From Pseudomonas phage phiKZ, in the sequence record NC_004629.1: a stretch of 32,000 nucleotides of DNA; one strand, given 5' to 3'. The position numbers and the translations under genes are program-made. This document shows, one piece after another, positions 16,437 through 28,993 of this stretch (its first letter is position 1; each line of letters begins with the position of its first letter). The notes beneath the pieces were generated by a model. The model made no database searches. It had not been told where the DNA came from and was given only the letters and a program-made list of their open reading frames with translations.

Positions 16437-17858
16437 ATGTCTAAAAAGAATCAACGATTTGGAAAGTTTCCTCAACTCAATCGTTTACCTGAAAAACCCA
16501 TTGTCAAAGACGAAGTTTTATCAGAAGCAACTGAAGATAAGCCAACTTCTGAAATTGGTCGAGGATTAACAAATATTGAATTAGTATCTCCTGAGGAAGT
16601 ATATGCTACAGCAGATGATATTAATTCTTCAGTTAATACAGATAACGATACCTCAGAATTAGCTGAAGTTAATGTAAATGCACTGCGTACTGACTTCGAT
16701 ATTCCTGAAACATGGACAGATGAAAATGTCATTGAATGGTTTACCAATGATGGCATTGCTAAAGGTAAAACTGAACTCGGTAGCTTTGTATTTGACCCAA
16801 CCCGTAAATATCGTCCTTATGATGAATGGTCAGATGATGAACTAATCGATGCTGCTAACCATCGTCTAACTGGTGTAGTTAATGATATTGCCGATATTGC
16901 TGATGATATTTTAACTAAACGGGCTAAAGAGAATGAGACTACTGAGGAAGTAATTGTACCGGTAGTTAATGAAGATACTCTGAAACAAGATATTCGCAAT
17001 ACTGAAGACAGTATCAAGCTTGAAGAATTAGTCAAGCAACTGCGTATTCACACTAGTGATATTCCACTAGATTGGTCTACCCAAGAAGTGGTTGATTTTG
17101 TTAAACAAGGTATTACTCCACCAAAAACACTACGTGGTAGTTGGGTTAATAGTGTTATTCGTGATAATGCTCCACCTACCGATTGGACGACAGCAGAGCT
17201 TGAAGACTGGGCTGAAGGACTTATTAAAAATAGTAATTTGATAAAAGATTTTAAAATTGCTATTGAGTTACGCGATCGTTTATTCTTACCTACCACTAGT
17301 CAAGATATTGAAACTATTGTTGAACAATGGAAAGTATTCTCTGGTAAAGATGATATTAAACCAACCGGGGAAGTTAAAATCTTGAATAGTGAATCAACAT
17401 CTAATGAACCTGTACTTCGTAAAGGTATGACCAAAATGAACCAAGTATTTATCGAATCTCGTCTAGAGCAGTTTGCCACTGGTGCTAAACCTGGTGACTA
17501 TATCACTATCGAACGTGGTGGAGATGCACAAAAGAAACTAGATGATGTATTCAACTACGTAATGACAATCGAAGATATTGAAGGCTTTAAATCAGGCATG
17601 GATATTATCTTTGATTTCGTTAAGAAAAATCGTAATACCCTATTTAGTGAATCTAACGCACTTCGCTTTGTTGCTACTCTACCTACTCAGAATAACCGTC
17701 AAGAAGCACACATTAATCTTCTTACTCTATTCTGCCTATTTACTAGTGATGTATCAGATGCGCTTTATCAAGTAGATATCAACTATCTTGCACGTTTCAT
17801 CCCTGAAGGTAAACGGCAACTCGTTCTACACTTCTTCCGGCAGAAAGCTGGTATGTAA
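16437..17858 (+). CDS. Probable virion structural protein with internal duplication of a Trp-containing module
   Basis: 473 aa; acidic low-complexity N-terminus; repeated DIPxxW(T/S)xxxV(I/V).. and (D/E)W(S/T)xxEL.. elements. Confidence 0.75.
   Translation: MSKKNQRFGKFPQLNRLPEKPIVKDEVLSEATEDKPTSEIGRGLTNIELVSPEEVYATADDINSSVNTDNDTSELAEVNVNALRTDFDIPETWTDENVIEWFTNDGIAKGKTELGSFVFDPTRKYRPYDEWSDDELIDAANHRLTGVVNDIADIADDILTKRAKENETTEEVIVPVVNEDTLKQDIRNTEDSIKLEELVKQLRIHTSDIPLDWSTQEVVDFVKQGITPPKTLRGSWVNSVIRDNAPPTDWTTAELEDWAEGLIKNSNLIKDFKIAIELRDRLFLPTTSQDIETIVEQWKVFSGKDDIKPTGEVKILNSESTSNEPVLRKGMTKMNQVFIESRLEQFATGAKPGDYITIERGGDAQKKLDDVFNYVMTIEDIEGFKSGMDIIFDFVKKNRNTLFSESNALRFVATLPTQNNRQEAHINLLTLFCLFTSDVSDALYQVDINYLARFIPEGKRQLVLHFFRQKAGM
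16698..17230 (+). repeat. Two diverged copies of a ~55-aa protein module
   Basis: Copy 1 ~16698-16872 DIPETWTDENVIEWFTNDGIAKGKTELGSFVFDPTRKYRPYDEWSDDELIDAANHRL; copy 2 ~17058-17230 DIPLDWSTQEVVDFVKQGITPPKTLRGSWVNSVIRDNAPPTDWTTAELEDWAEGLI. Confidence 0.6.
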
Positions 17859-17865
17859 ACATATT

Positions 17866-17883
17866 GCCTCCCCTAGGGGAGGC
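17866..17883 (+). terminator. Palindromic terminator-like hairpin
   Basis: GCCTCCCC TA GGGGAGGC flanked by ATT/TTTAT, immediately after stop 17858. Confidence 0.6.
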
Positions 17884-17959
17884 TTTATGCTGATTATTAC
17901 TTTTACTAGGTACTAATATAGTACGTAGATAAATATCAATATGTGCTGAGGTTATAGCA

Positions 17960-19876
17960 ATGTCTAATGAACAACAGGTTACAAATAAGAAAAAGATTAA
18001 GGGCATTGAAGCCAAACATATTACTTATTGTACTGATCAATTTGGTAAGTTTACAGATGCGCATTTCGTTAAAGAACGAATTCATTTTGAAGATGGTACA
18101 ACTGCAAATAATTTAAGGATGTGGGAAAACTACCAGCGTCCTTTTTGGATTACCGCAAAAGGAATGCGTAACCATAAAGAAAAGAAAGATTACGAATATG
18201 AGCGTAACTTAGTTAAATACATGTCAACTCAAATTGACATGAAACGTAAGATTAGTAAAATCCTAGGTGACTATTCGGCTAGATCTCTTCGTCAACTAGC
18301 GCGTAGTCCTTACCTATATGGCAGTGATGTTAGTTCAACCTGTTATCTGAAGCATGATTATCAAGAACGTTATCCTGGTCTAATCTCTCTAAACACTGTT
18401 GCTGGCGGTGACATCGAAACCAACGTTTATGAAGCTGAGAACGATGGCCAGATTATCTGTATGTCAGTTACACATAAGAACAAAGCTTTCCTAGCCTATT
18501 TAAAACGATGGGTTAGTGATATTGAAGATCCAGTGAAAGAGACATTAGAACAAGCACAAAAAGAAGAGGTACTATCACATCTAATTAAAGAACGTGGTCT
18601 AGATATTGAAGTAATGGTTGTTGAAACACCAGTAGATATTATTATTGAATGTTTTAAACGACTACATACCTGGAAACCAGATTTCTTCGCATTCTGGAAT
18701 ATTAGCTTCGACATTGGCAGAATCTTAAAAACATTAGAACACTATGGCGTTAATCCAGCTGATATTTTTTCTGATCCATCGGTACCTAAGAATTATAGGT
18801 ATTTCCATTTTAAGATTGATGAGCCTATGACCACCACTGCATCTGGGGTCACTAAATCTAAAGGACCAGAGGATCAATGGCATTGGATTACAGCACCCGC
18901 TAGTTTTCAATGCATCGATTCTATGTCAACTTATCGAGTAACTCGATTAGCTAAAGGACGTGATCCTAACTATCGGTTAGAGTCTATTCTTAGAAAAGAA
19001 CTAAACATCGATAAATCTACGACCATTAAAAATGATAAGGACTTAGAAGATTTTATTGAAGGTTTTAATAAACAATTGGTAGACCGCCCTGGTGGTGTTA
19101 TTACTAAATATATTAAAAATATAGGCAGTAATGAATGGATCAGGGTAGATGATTTTATATTAAATGATAACTTTACGTATGGTGATTCCATTAGATACAT
19201 GATGGAGTTTGGTAAATTAACATTTGAGGAAACGATGCATCTTGGAGGTATCGATTGGCACCGTGAGATGCAAACTAAGCATAAAATCAAATATGGTCTT
19301 TATAACATCATCGACTCCATTCGACTAGAACAACTTGATGAACAAGTAAATGATCTTGGTCGTTCTATAAGTCTATTCTCTAAAGCATCCGATTATAAGA
19401 ACTTTAGCTCTAACCCAAAACGACTATGTGATGACATGCATTTCTGGTATCTAAATAGACCAGATCCATGTGTTATTGGTTCGAGTTCTGATCAGATGGT
19501 ACATGAGTTAGATCAGTATGTTATTGGTCATAATGACTGGATTGTTACATTGCCATCTTACATGGCAGGTCCAAATGGATTGCAGTGTGTTAAAGATTTA
19601 CCAAATTATAAAACCTTAATCTTCTGTCATATCGCCGACCTTGACATCGTGTCGACATATCCTAACGTTAGTCAGATTCTAAATATTGCACGTGAAACAT
19701 GTGTGATGGAATTCTCAATGATGGAAGGAATTAGTGAACACCATCGCCGTGAAGTTGGTGTAAACTTAACAGGCGGTAGGGTTAACGCTATTGAAATCAC
19801 ACAGAAGATCATGGGCGCTCCTAAAATGGACACCCTACTAGAGAAGTTTATTAATACCCATAAGAACCCAAAGTAA
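17960..19876 (+). CDS. Family B DNA polymerase, N-terminal plus 3'-5' exonuclease part, ending shortly after palm motif A
   Basis: ExoI GGDIETN, ExoII FWNISFDIGRI, ExoIII YGLYNIIDSIRL, motif A-like ADLDIVSTYPNVSQILNIAR. No Kx3NSxYG or YxDTDS motif before the stop. SD GAGG before ATG. Confidence 0.85.
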   Translation: MSNEQQVTNKKKIKGIEAKHITYCTDQFGKFTDAHFVKERIHFEDGTTANNLRMWENYQRPFWITAKGMRNHKEKKDYEYERNLVKYMSTQIDMKRKISKILGDYSARSLRQLARSPYLYGSDVSSTCYLKHDYQERYPGLISLNTVAGGDIETNVYEAENDGQIICMSVTHKNKAFLAYLKRWVSDIEDPVKETLEQAQKEEVLSHLIKERGLDIEVMVVETPVDIIIECFKRLHTWKPDFFAFWNISFDIGRILKTLEHYGVNPADIFSDPSVPKNYRYFHFKIDEPMTTTASGVTKSKGPEDQWHWITAPASFQCIDSMSTYRVTRLAKGRDPNYRLESILRKELNIDKSTTIKNDKDLEDFIEGFNKQLVDRPGGVITKYIKNIGSNEWIRVDDFILNDNFTYGDSIRYMMEFGKLTFEETMHLGGIDWHREMQTKHKIKYGLYNIIDSIRLEQLDEQVNDLGRSISLFSKASDYKNFSSNPKRLCDDMHFWYLNRPDPCVIGSSSDQMVHELDQYVIGHNDWIVTLPSYMAGPNGLQCVKDLPNYKTLIFCHIADLDIVSTYPNVSQILNIARETCVMEFSMMEGISEHHRREVGVNLTGGRVNAIEITQKIMGAPKMDTLLEKFINTHKNPK

Positions 19877-20244
19877 TATATCAGTGGAAGCGCCGAGGAG
19901 GATATGAATGCTCATCTGTTGGTGACAAAAGATTCTCGGCTCTTTACGCAAGGCTTCCTGATGGTAGAACAATTGAGGAAGCTTGGCAGTTAGATTGTAA
20001 AGGATATCGCAAATACTCCAACCACTGGAAAGCTGGTAAAGGAAAACCACCACTAGACGGATATAATCCTAAATATGATGATTATAAAAATCTGTGGAAA
20101 GTATGGGCTGTATCTAATAAACATCTAATGGATGAATTACGTCAGAATGCAAAAGAACATGATAACTATCTTTCTGATGTTTTTGCTTCTACTGATATTT
20201 CACAGGCACGTGCTTTAGCAGAACTACTCAATGAAGGATATTAA
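19876..20244 (+). CDS. Small conserved phage-type protein (about 122 aa) with no canonical start codon
   Basis: Frame open from 19864. Coding-like translation IYQWKRRGGYECSSVGDKRFSALYARLPDGRTIEEAWQLDCKGYRKYSNHWKAGKGKPPLDGYNPKYDDYKNLWKVWAVSNKHLMDELRQNAKEHDNYLSDVFASTDISQARALAELLNEGY. In-frame stop at 19861-19863; the only start-like codon at the 5' end is ATA 19876. Confidence 0.65.
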   Translation: MYQWKRRGGYECSSVGDKRFSALYARLPDGRTIEEAWQLDCKGYRKYSNHWKAGKGKPPLDGYNPKYDDYKNLWKVWAVSNKHLMDELRQNAKEHDNYLSDVFASTDISQARALAELLNEGY

Positions 20245-20315
20245 AAATGGAAGGTATTCCTAATTAAATATTATCAATTGATCATTACTGCTAATATAAA
20301 CTTCGACACATCATA

Positions 20316-20342
20316 AAACCCTCCCATTACGGGAGGGTTTAT
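20316..20342. terminator. Bidirectional terminator between convergent genes
   Basis: AAACCCTCCC(attac)GGGAGGGTTT, A/T flanks on both sides, between the + ORF ending 20244 and the - gene ending 20347. Confidence 0.8.
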
Positions 20343-20346
20343 TTCG

Positions 20347-21861
20347 TTAACTAATTTGGTATTTTAAATTCTGATTACCGTTTAGAACATAAATCTTACC
20401 ATCGTTATTAAACGTATTGGCAAAACCTGCATCCACTAAACCAGTTTCTAAATTACCTAAATTTATCCATCGTGCTAATCGTGGTTCATAATACTTAATT
20501 GGTGCATTATTTTGATTTTCACCAGCGATTACATAAAGTTCACCAGATGGGCGTATATTAATAGCTGCACCAAGAGGTATACCTGTAGTTATTGGTTTAG
20601 ACCAATTATTGTTGGTTTGATTGTACGATATGATTCCAGTATTAACACCGGCACCAACCATACCACCAATAACACATACGCTATTATTATAAACACTCAC
20701 TGAATAATCTTGGGTATATACCCCAGTATCATTAAATGCTGCACCACTGGTATATGTATCTGTAGTTGGATTGTACATTAATGTAAATCCACGATTATTT
20801 GTTGCAGTTGTATCAGCTGCACCTAATATGTAGATTAACCCATTAAGACTAGTTCCACGTGCATACCGACAAGCTATCGTACCTGGTGATTTTATTTCCC
20901 ATGTATTAGTTGCAGGATCATAACACTGCATACCTTTAGTGAGTACACCATCTGTGGCACTTTCACCACCATAGAAATATACTTTACCATTAAATGCAAC
21001 AGCCGAGCATTGTTTAACTGCTATAGGTGTACCAGTTGGTTGTAATGTTGTTAACTTACCCGTGGCTAAATTCAATGTACGTAGAGCAGTATTAGCATTA
21101 TTCTTACCACCGTAATAATAGACTAAGTTACCTATTTGGGCACCTGCTGCCATTTCGTTATCAGTTTCAAAATCAGTAAGTTTAATAACATTATCTTTAA
21201 CGAATGGATATGTACCACTAGCATAAACCACTGGACGCCAACCTTGGGTTGCAGCACCCGTTTCACTACTTGACGAGCTAGTTATATCAATCGCATAGTA
21301 GCCACGATAGAGCTGGTCATTAACTGGATCACTACCTGGGTCTCTTCCCCAGTTAGTAGTACCATCAGTGCTAATACCACCAGCGACCGCTTGGTTAATA
21401 CCTAAGTCATTATCTGTAAATTTATAAGGCCAGTTAGCACCATTTAAATTAGATACGTGAACATTATAAAGTAACCTTTGCCATTCTGATGTGGCACCAG
21501 CCATTGTTAATAAACCAAATTTATAAATGTTCCCCATAAATCTAACTTCATAGTCACCATTACGGAGTCCGGCATTATTAAGCCGTGATTTTTGTATTGA
21601 TTTACGAGCTGGTTTCTTTGGTATGTAACAAGTAACATTTTTATTAGAGAACTTTAACCATGGTTGTCCATCATTGATTACTGTTCCAAATGTCATATTA
21701 ACTAATTTAGCTGCATCATCATAACCAAATAATTCTGAAGATGTTGTTTCACCATACAAACCTAATTCCCTTGTCCCAGCTATCAGTGTTTTAGGACCTG
21801 GATAAGGATCGGAATATATAGGCGTATTTGTTAGTCCAGAAGACAACAATAACTCAAACAT
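20347..21861 (-). CDS. Kelch/beta-propeller repeat protein, candidate tail adhesin or receptor-binding component
   Basis: Repeated ...GAQIGNLVYYYGGKNNA..., ...CSAVAFNGKVYFYGGESATDG...MQCYDPATNTWEIKSP, ...GTSLNGLIYILGAAD...LMYNPTTDTYTSG, ...YNNSVCVIGGMVGAG..., ...GELYVIAGENQ...YEPRLARWINLG, ...NNDGKIYVLNG. Confidence 0.82.
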   Translation of the reverse strand: MFELLLSSGLTNTPIYSDPYPGPKTLIAGTRELGLYGETTSSELFGYDDAAKLVNMTFGTVINDGQPWLKFSNKNVTCYIPKKPARKSIQKSRLNNAGLRNGDYEVRFMGNIYKFGLLTMAGATSEWQRLLYNVHVSNLNGANWPYKFTDNDLGINQAVAGGISTDGTTNWGRDPGSDPVNDQLYRGYYAIDITSSSSSETGAATQGWRPVVYASGTYPFVKDNVIKLTDFETDNEMAAGAQIGNLVYYYGGKNNANTALRTLNLATGKLTTLQPTGTPIAVKQCSAVAFNGKVYFYGGESATDGVLTKGMQCYDPATNTWEIKSPGTIACRYARGTSLNGLIYILGAADTTATNNRGFTLMYNPTTDTYTSGAAFNDTGVYTQDYSVSVYNNSVCVIGGMVGAGVNTGIISYNQTNNNWSKPITTGIPLGAAINIRPSGELYVIAGENQNNAPIKYYEPRLARWINLGNLETGLVDAGFANTFNNDGKIYVLNGNQNLKYQIS

Positions 21862-21962
21862 TTTGTGTGCGCCTCTTTTATAATACGTAGTGCATAAGAT
21901 TGAATTCTATACAACGCAGCCTTATCTTTATGATTATAAATTAATACTGGTAGAGATATAAA

Positions 21963-23204
21963 ATGCTACATACGATAGAAATCTCTAATGAAGTGTTAGA
22001 TGTGAATGTTAAGCGTGACTTAGGTCCATTGATCGAAGAACATCTAACCAAGATTCGTGATAAATTAGATAATCAACAGAGAATAGATATTAATGATTTT
22101 AGGTCACTGAGTGATGATGTTTCTAAGATCCTCAATATGAATATAGAGTTTACACACCTGGATGATCAGGGTATAATGGGTGGTGCATACACATCCTTTA
22201 CAGTTGGACATACTGGTAGTAAATTTGACAATATTAATCGAGTTACTTTAGCAACTGAGCAAGGTGTCAATACATTCATTAATATTGATTTAACAAATTT
22301 AAAAGTTACGGGTGAGGCTGTTTCAACTTTTAAATACAAGGTCGGTTTATCTATTGGTTTATTATCGGCTATTAACCGTGTTAGTATAGCAGAAGCTACT
22401 GCCATTACATTACATGAAATTGGGCATTGTTGGGAAACACTGGCTACAATGGGTGACTACGTCTATCTTAACTATGCACTTACTGAAGGTATACTTATCT
22501 TACAGGGTAGGAAAGCTAATAAGTATAAGATTCAATTATTGGATGAAACATGGTTAAAGAAAAACGTTGATCCAGCCGATTATGAGAAGTTTGCTAATGA
22601 TAGGACTGAAGGAAATATTCGTAAAGTCATTCTATCATCATTTAAGAAAGCGCAACGTCCGCATTTAACTGGTGATGTTCAATCACGTAAACGCGATGAA
22701 CAATTAGCTGATTTATTCGCCACTCGATTAGGTTATGGAAGGCCACTGGCAACGGCATTAACTAAATCAGGTCGGTATTATAATGACCGTGAATATAAAT
22801 CTGTTTCTAGCCATATTACTGCTGAGGTATTCAAAGGTCTATTTATGATCATTGGTTTACCTGTTACGCTAGGTATCATTGCCGGTAATTTAAAAGTTGG
22901 ATATGATCCAATTAGTTCACGTTATGACAAACAACGACAACGTTTAATGAAAATTAAACAAGATCTAGTAGCACAACTTAAATGGGTAAAGGACTCATCA
23001 CTAAAACCAGGAATTGATGATGACATTAAAGTAATTGATTCATTGATAAATGATTTAGCTAATGAGTGGACCATTTTTGATAAAATTTTAGATTTCCTTA
23101 GTCCCCAGCGTCGTAAAGATAAACGGGCTACTGAATTAGAAGATACTTTAGAAAGTCTATTAAATAATGACTTATTTGTAAGAGCCTACCGCTTAACTAA
23201 ATAG
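21963..23204 (+). CDS. Zinc metallopeptidase-like protein (HEXXH) in a structural gene cluster
   Basis: AEATAITLHEIGHCWETLA (HEXXH plus downstream acidic residues), possible third ligand in RDEQLADLFATRLGYG, hydrophobic segment FKGLFMIIGLPVTLGIIAGNL. Confidence 0.75.
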   Translation: MLHTIEISNEVLDVNVKRDLGPLIEEHLTKIRDKLDNQQRIDINDFRSLSDDVSKILNMNIEFTHLDDQGIMGGAYTSFTVGHTGSKFDNINRVTLATEQGVNTFINIDLTNLKVTGEAVSTFKYKVGLSIGLLSAINRVSIAEATAITLHEIGHCWETLATMGDYVYLNYALTEGILILQGRKANKYKIQLLDETWLKKNVDPADYEKFANDRTEGNIRKVILSSFKKAQRPHLTGDVQSRKRDEQLADLFATRLGYGRPLATALTKSGRYYNDREYKSVSSHITAEVFKGLFMIIGLPVTLGIIAGNLKVGYDPISSRYDKQRQRLMKIKQDLVAQLKWVKDSSLKPGIDDDIKVIDSLINDLANEWTIFDKILDFLSPQRRKDKRATELEDTLESLLNNDLFVRAYRLTK

Positions 23205-23215
23205 AGAGAAAAATC

Positions 23216-23665
23216 ATGCAACAATTAGGTTTTGAACTTTCCCGTATTCTAAAGCAACTGCCTAACTTAGGTGGTTCTGATCGTAAAACCCGCGCAATGC
23301 TCCTAGCTAATGCGGTGGCATTACAGATTCCATTTGAGATTTTACTTGATTTCAATGAACAACAGGATAAAGCTGTTGCTAAATTTAAGAAAATCTTAAG
23401 TAAAGTTAATGAGAATATTGCAGTTGATACTAAACTAGCCGTAACATATTTTAACAATATTCTTCGCATTCGCCAAAGTCTTATCAACGGTATTACTGAT
23501 CCATGTCTTGTCAAAGCTGTACTGACATCTGATACCGCTAATGATTATCTAACTGTCGATGATATCAATATTGTCTCTGCCGTTGTTAATGGCCCAGATT
23601 ATAACCGTATCCAAGCAGACATGGGTAATGCATTAAATCAATTAATCGGTAGTATTGATGAGTGA
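23216..23665 (+). CDS. Hypothetical phage protein (149 aa)
   Basis: Complete ORF preceded by AGAGAGAAAAATC; contiguous with the preceding gene. Confidence 0.7.
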   Translation: MQQLGFELSRILKQLPNLGGSDRKTRAMLLANAVALQIPFEILLDFNEQQDKAVAKFKKILSKVNENIAVDTKLAVTYFNNILRIRQSLINGITDPCLVKAVLTSDTANDYLTVDDINIVSAVVNGPDYNRIQADMGNALNQLIGSIDE

Positions 23666-23675
23666 GGTTAAACCC

Positions 23676-24944
23676 ATGTCTCATGTTAAAGAAGTAGATG
23701 TCGAAGAGGAAAAACTTTTCTTTGATGAGAACCAACCAGAGATGGTTGAAGGCGAAGAAGAGACTGTTTCAAGTGCCTCGGCTCCTGAAATTTTAGCTAA
23801 GATGTGTGTAGCTGTCGAAGCGATTCATCAGCTATCTGATATTTATGCAATCACTAAACTTGAAGGCGTATCAAAACCAGATGTTGATGGTATTCGAGCA
23901 TTAGTTAAGCGCATGAGCACTGAAGGGTTTGAAGCTCCTAAGAAAGCAGTAGCTTCACTTGAGCAATATGCTTCTATGTTTACACCAACCCGTAGTACTC
24001 TTAATGTGACTATTTCTCAAGAGGCAGTGATGGCTACCATCATTAATACTCTTAAGACTTGGTTTGAGAAACTAATGGAACTATTTGCTAAGCTGATGCG
24101 TTGGATTAGTGATTTTAAGAAGCGCGATGTTGTTGTAGCAACTCGTTATGGAAAGATTGTCCGGGCAGTTGATCAAGCACGTACTCTCTTTCAAGAGTTA
24201 CTAGTTAAAAATCGATTAGGTAATCGAAAGGATGCGCTACTAGAAAAGTTTGATGCAATTGCACAATCAATCATTGATGATCCTAAAATCCTAGCTAGTC
24301 GTGTATATGCTGCTGCATTTGGTAGTGTATACTACCAGAAAGAAATCATTAATATTAATAATGAAGCACGTACTGAACTAGGTACAATGGAAAAGCTAGT
24401 TGGCACTATCATTGAATATGTTAATTACAATGGTGATGATTATCGTGCACTTATGCCTATCGCTAATATCCGTGAGATTGGTAAACTAGCTACCCGGTGC
24501 AATGAACTATCTACAGTGTATCCTGATCGTTCAAGCATTCCAGATTTCCCTGATAAGAATTTCTGGAAAAACTCACATCTGTTAAAAGATCGTTTTGTCG
24601 CACCACTTGATGATTTGTTAAAAGCATATCGCAATAGCAGTGATACTCTACGTAAGTTAAAGCAACTATCACGTAATTATAGTCAAGAAACTATTGATGC
24701 TATTGGTGAGTCTGTTCAATTAATCAACACTTCCCTTGAAGGTATGCGTCGTATTACTGATACGATGTTTGAATATTCTCAAGCACAATATCTAGCAGCT
24801 AGTTGCGTACTTAACTATTATGGTAAGTGTGCACAAGTAGTTAGTGAAGATTATAAGATCCATGGCTTCAATGATGCTATTCGCGAATGGCAGCGTCGAT
24901 TTGATAAAGTCATCGATGACTTTAAACGTGGTTATGCAATGTAA
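23676..24944 (+). CDS. Probable virion structural protein
   Basis: ATG 23676 with TGAGG upstream; the track ORF opens at TTG 23655. Acidic N-terminus then helical body. Confidence 0.7.
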   Translation: MSHVKEVDVEEEKLFFDENQPEMVEGEEETVSSASAPEILAKMCVAVEAIHQLSDIYAITKLEGVSKPDVDGIRALVKRMSTEGFEAPKKAVASLEQYASMFTPTRSTLNVTISQEAVMATIINTLKTWFEKLMELFAKLMRWISDFKKRDVVVATRYGKIVRAVDQARTLFQELLVKNRLGNRKDALLEKFDAIAQSIIDDPKILASRVYAAAFGSVYYQKEIININNEARTELGTMEKLVGTIIEYVNYNGDDYRALMPIANIREIGKLATRCNELSTVYPDRSSIPDFPDKNFWKNSHLLKDRFVAPLDDLLKAYRNSSDTLRKLKQLSRNYSQETIDAIGESVQLINTSLEGMRRITDTMFEYSQAQYLAASCVLNYYGKCAQVVSEDYKIHGFNDAIREWQRRFDKVIDDFKRGYAM

Positions 24945-24957
24945 AATACAACATAAT

Positions 24958-24977
24958 GCCCTCCCCTAGGGGAGGGC
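24958..24977. terminator. Bidirectional terminator between convergent genes
   Basis: GCCCTCCCC TA GGGGAGGGC with ATAAT/TTAT flanks, between stops at 24944 (+) and 24986 (-). Confidence 0.75.
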
Positions 24978-24985
24978 TTATGACC

Positions 24986-28957
<3,972 letters not shown>

Positions 28958-28993
28958 TTATAACTCTCTGCAAACCCATATAGGAAGAGAAAA

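Noticed and set aside
16472-17296. Series of - strand ORFs opposite the 473-aa gene
   Set aside because: Ser/Thr/Leu-rich shadow frames of the + coding sequence.
18970-19290. 106-aa minus-strand ORF inside the DNA polymerase gene
   Set aside because: Antisense shadow of a gene with clear exonuclease motifs.
23197-23514. 105-aa minus-strand ORF across the 23204/23216 boundary
   Set aside because: Overlaps two well-supported + strand genes in antisense.
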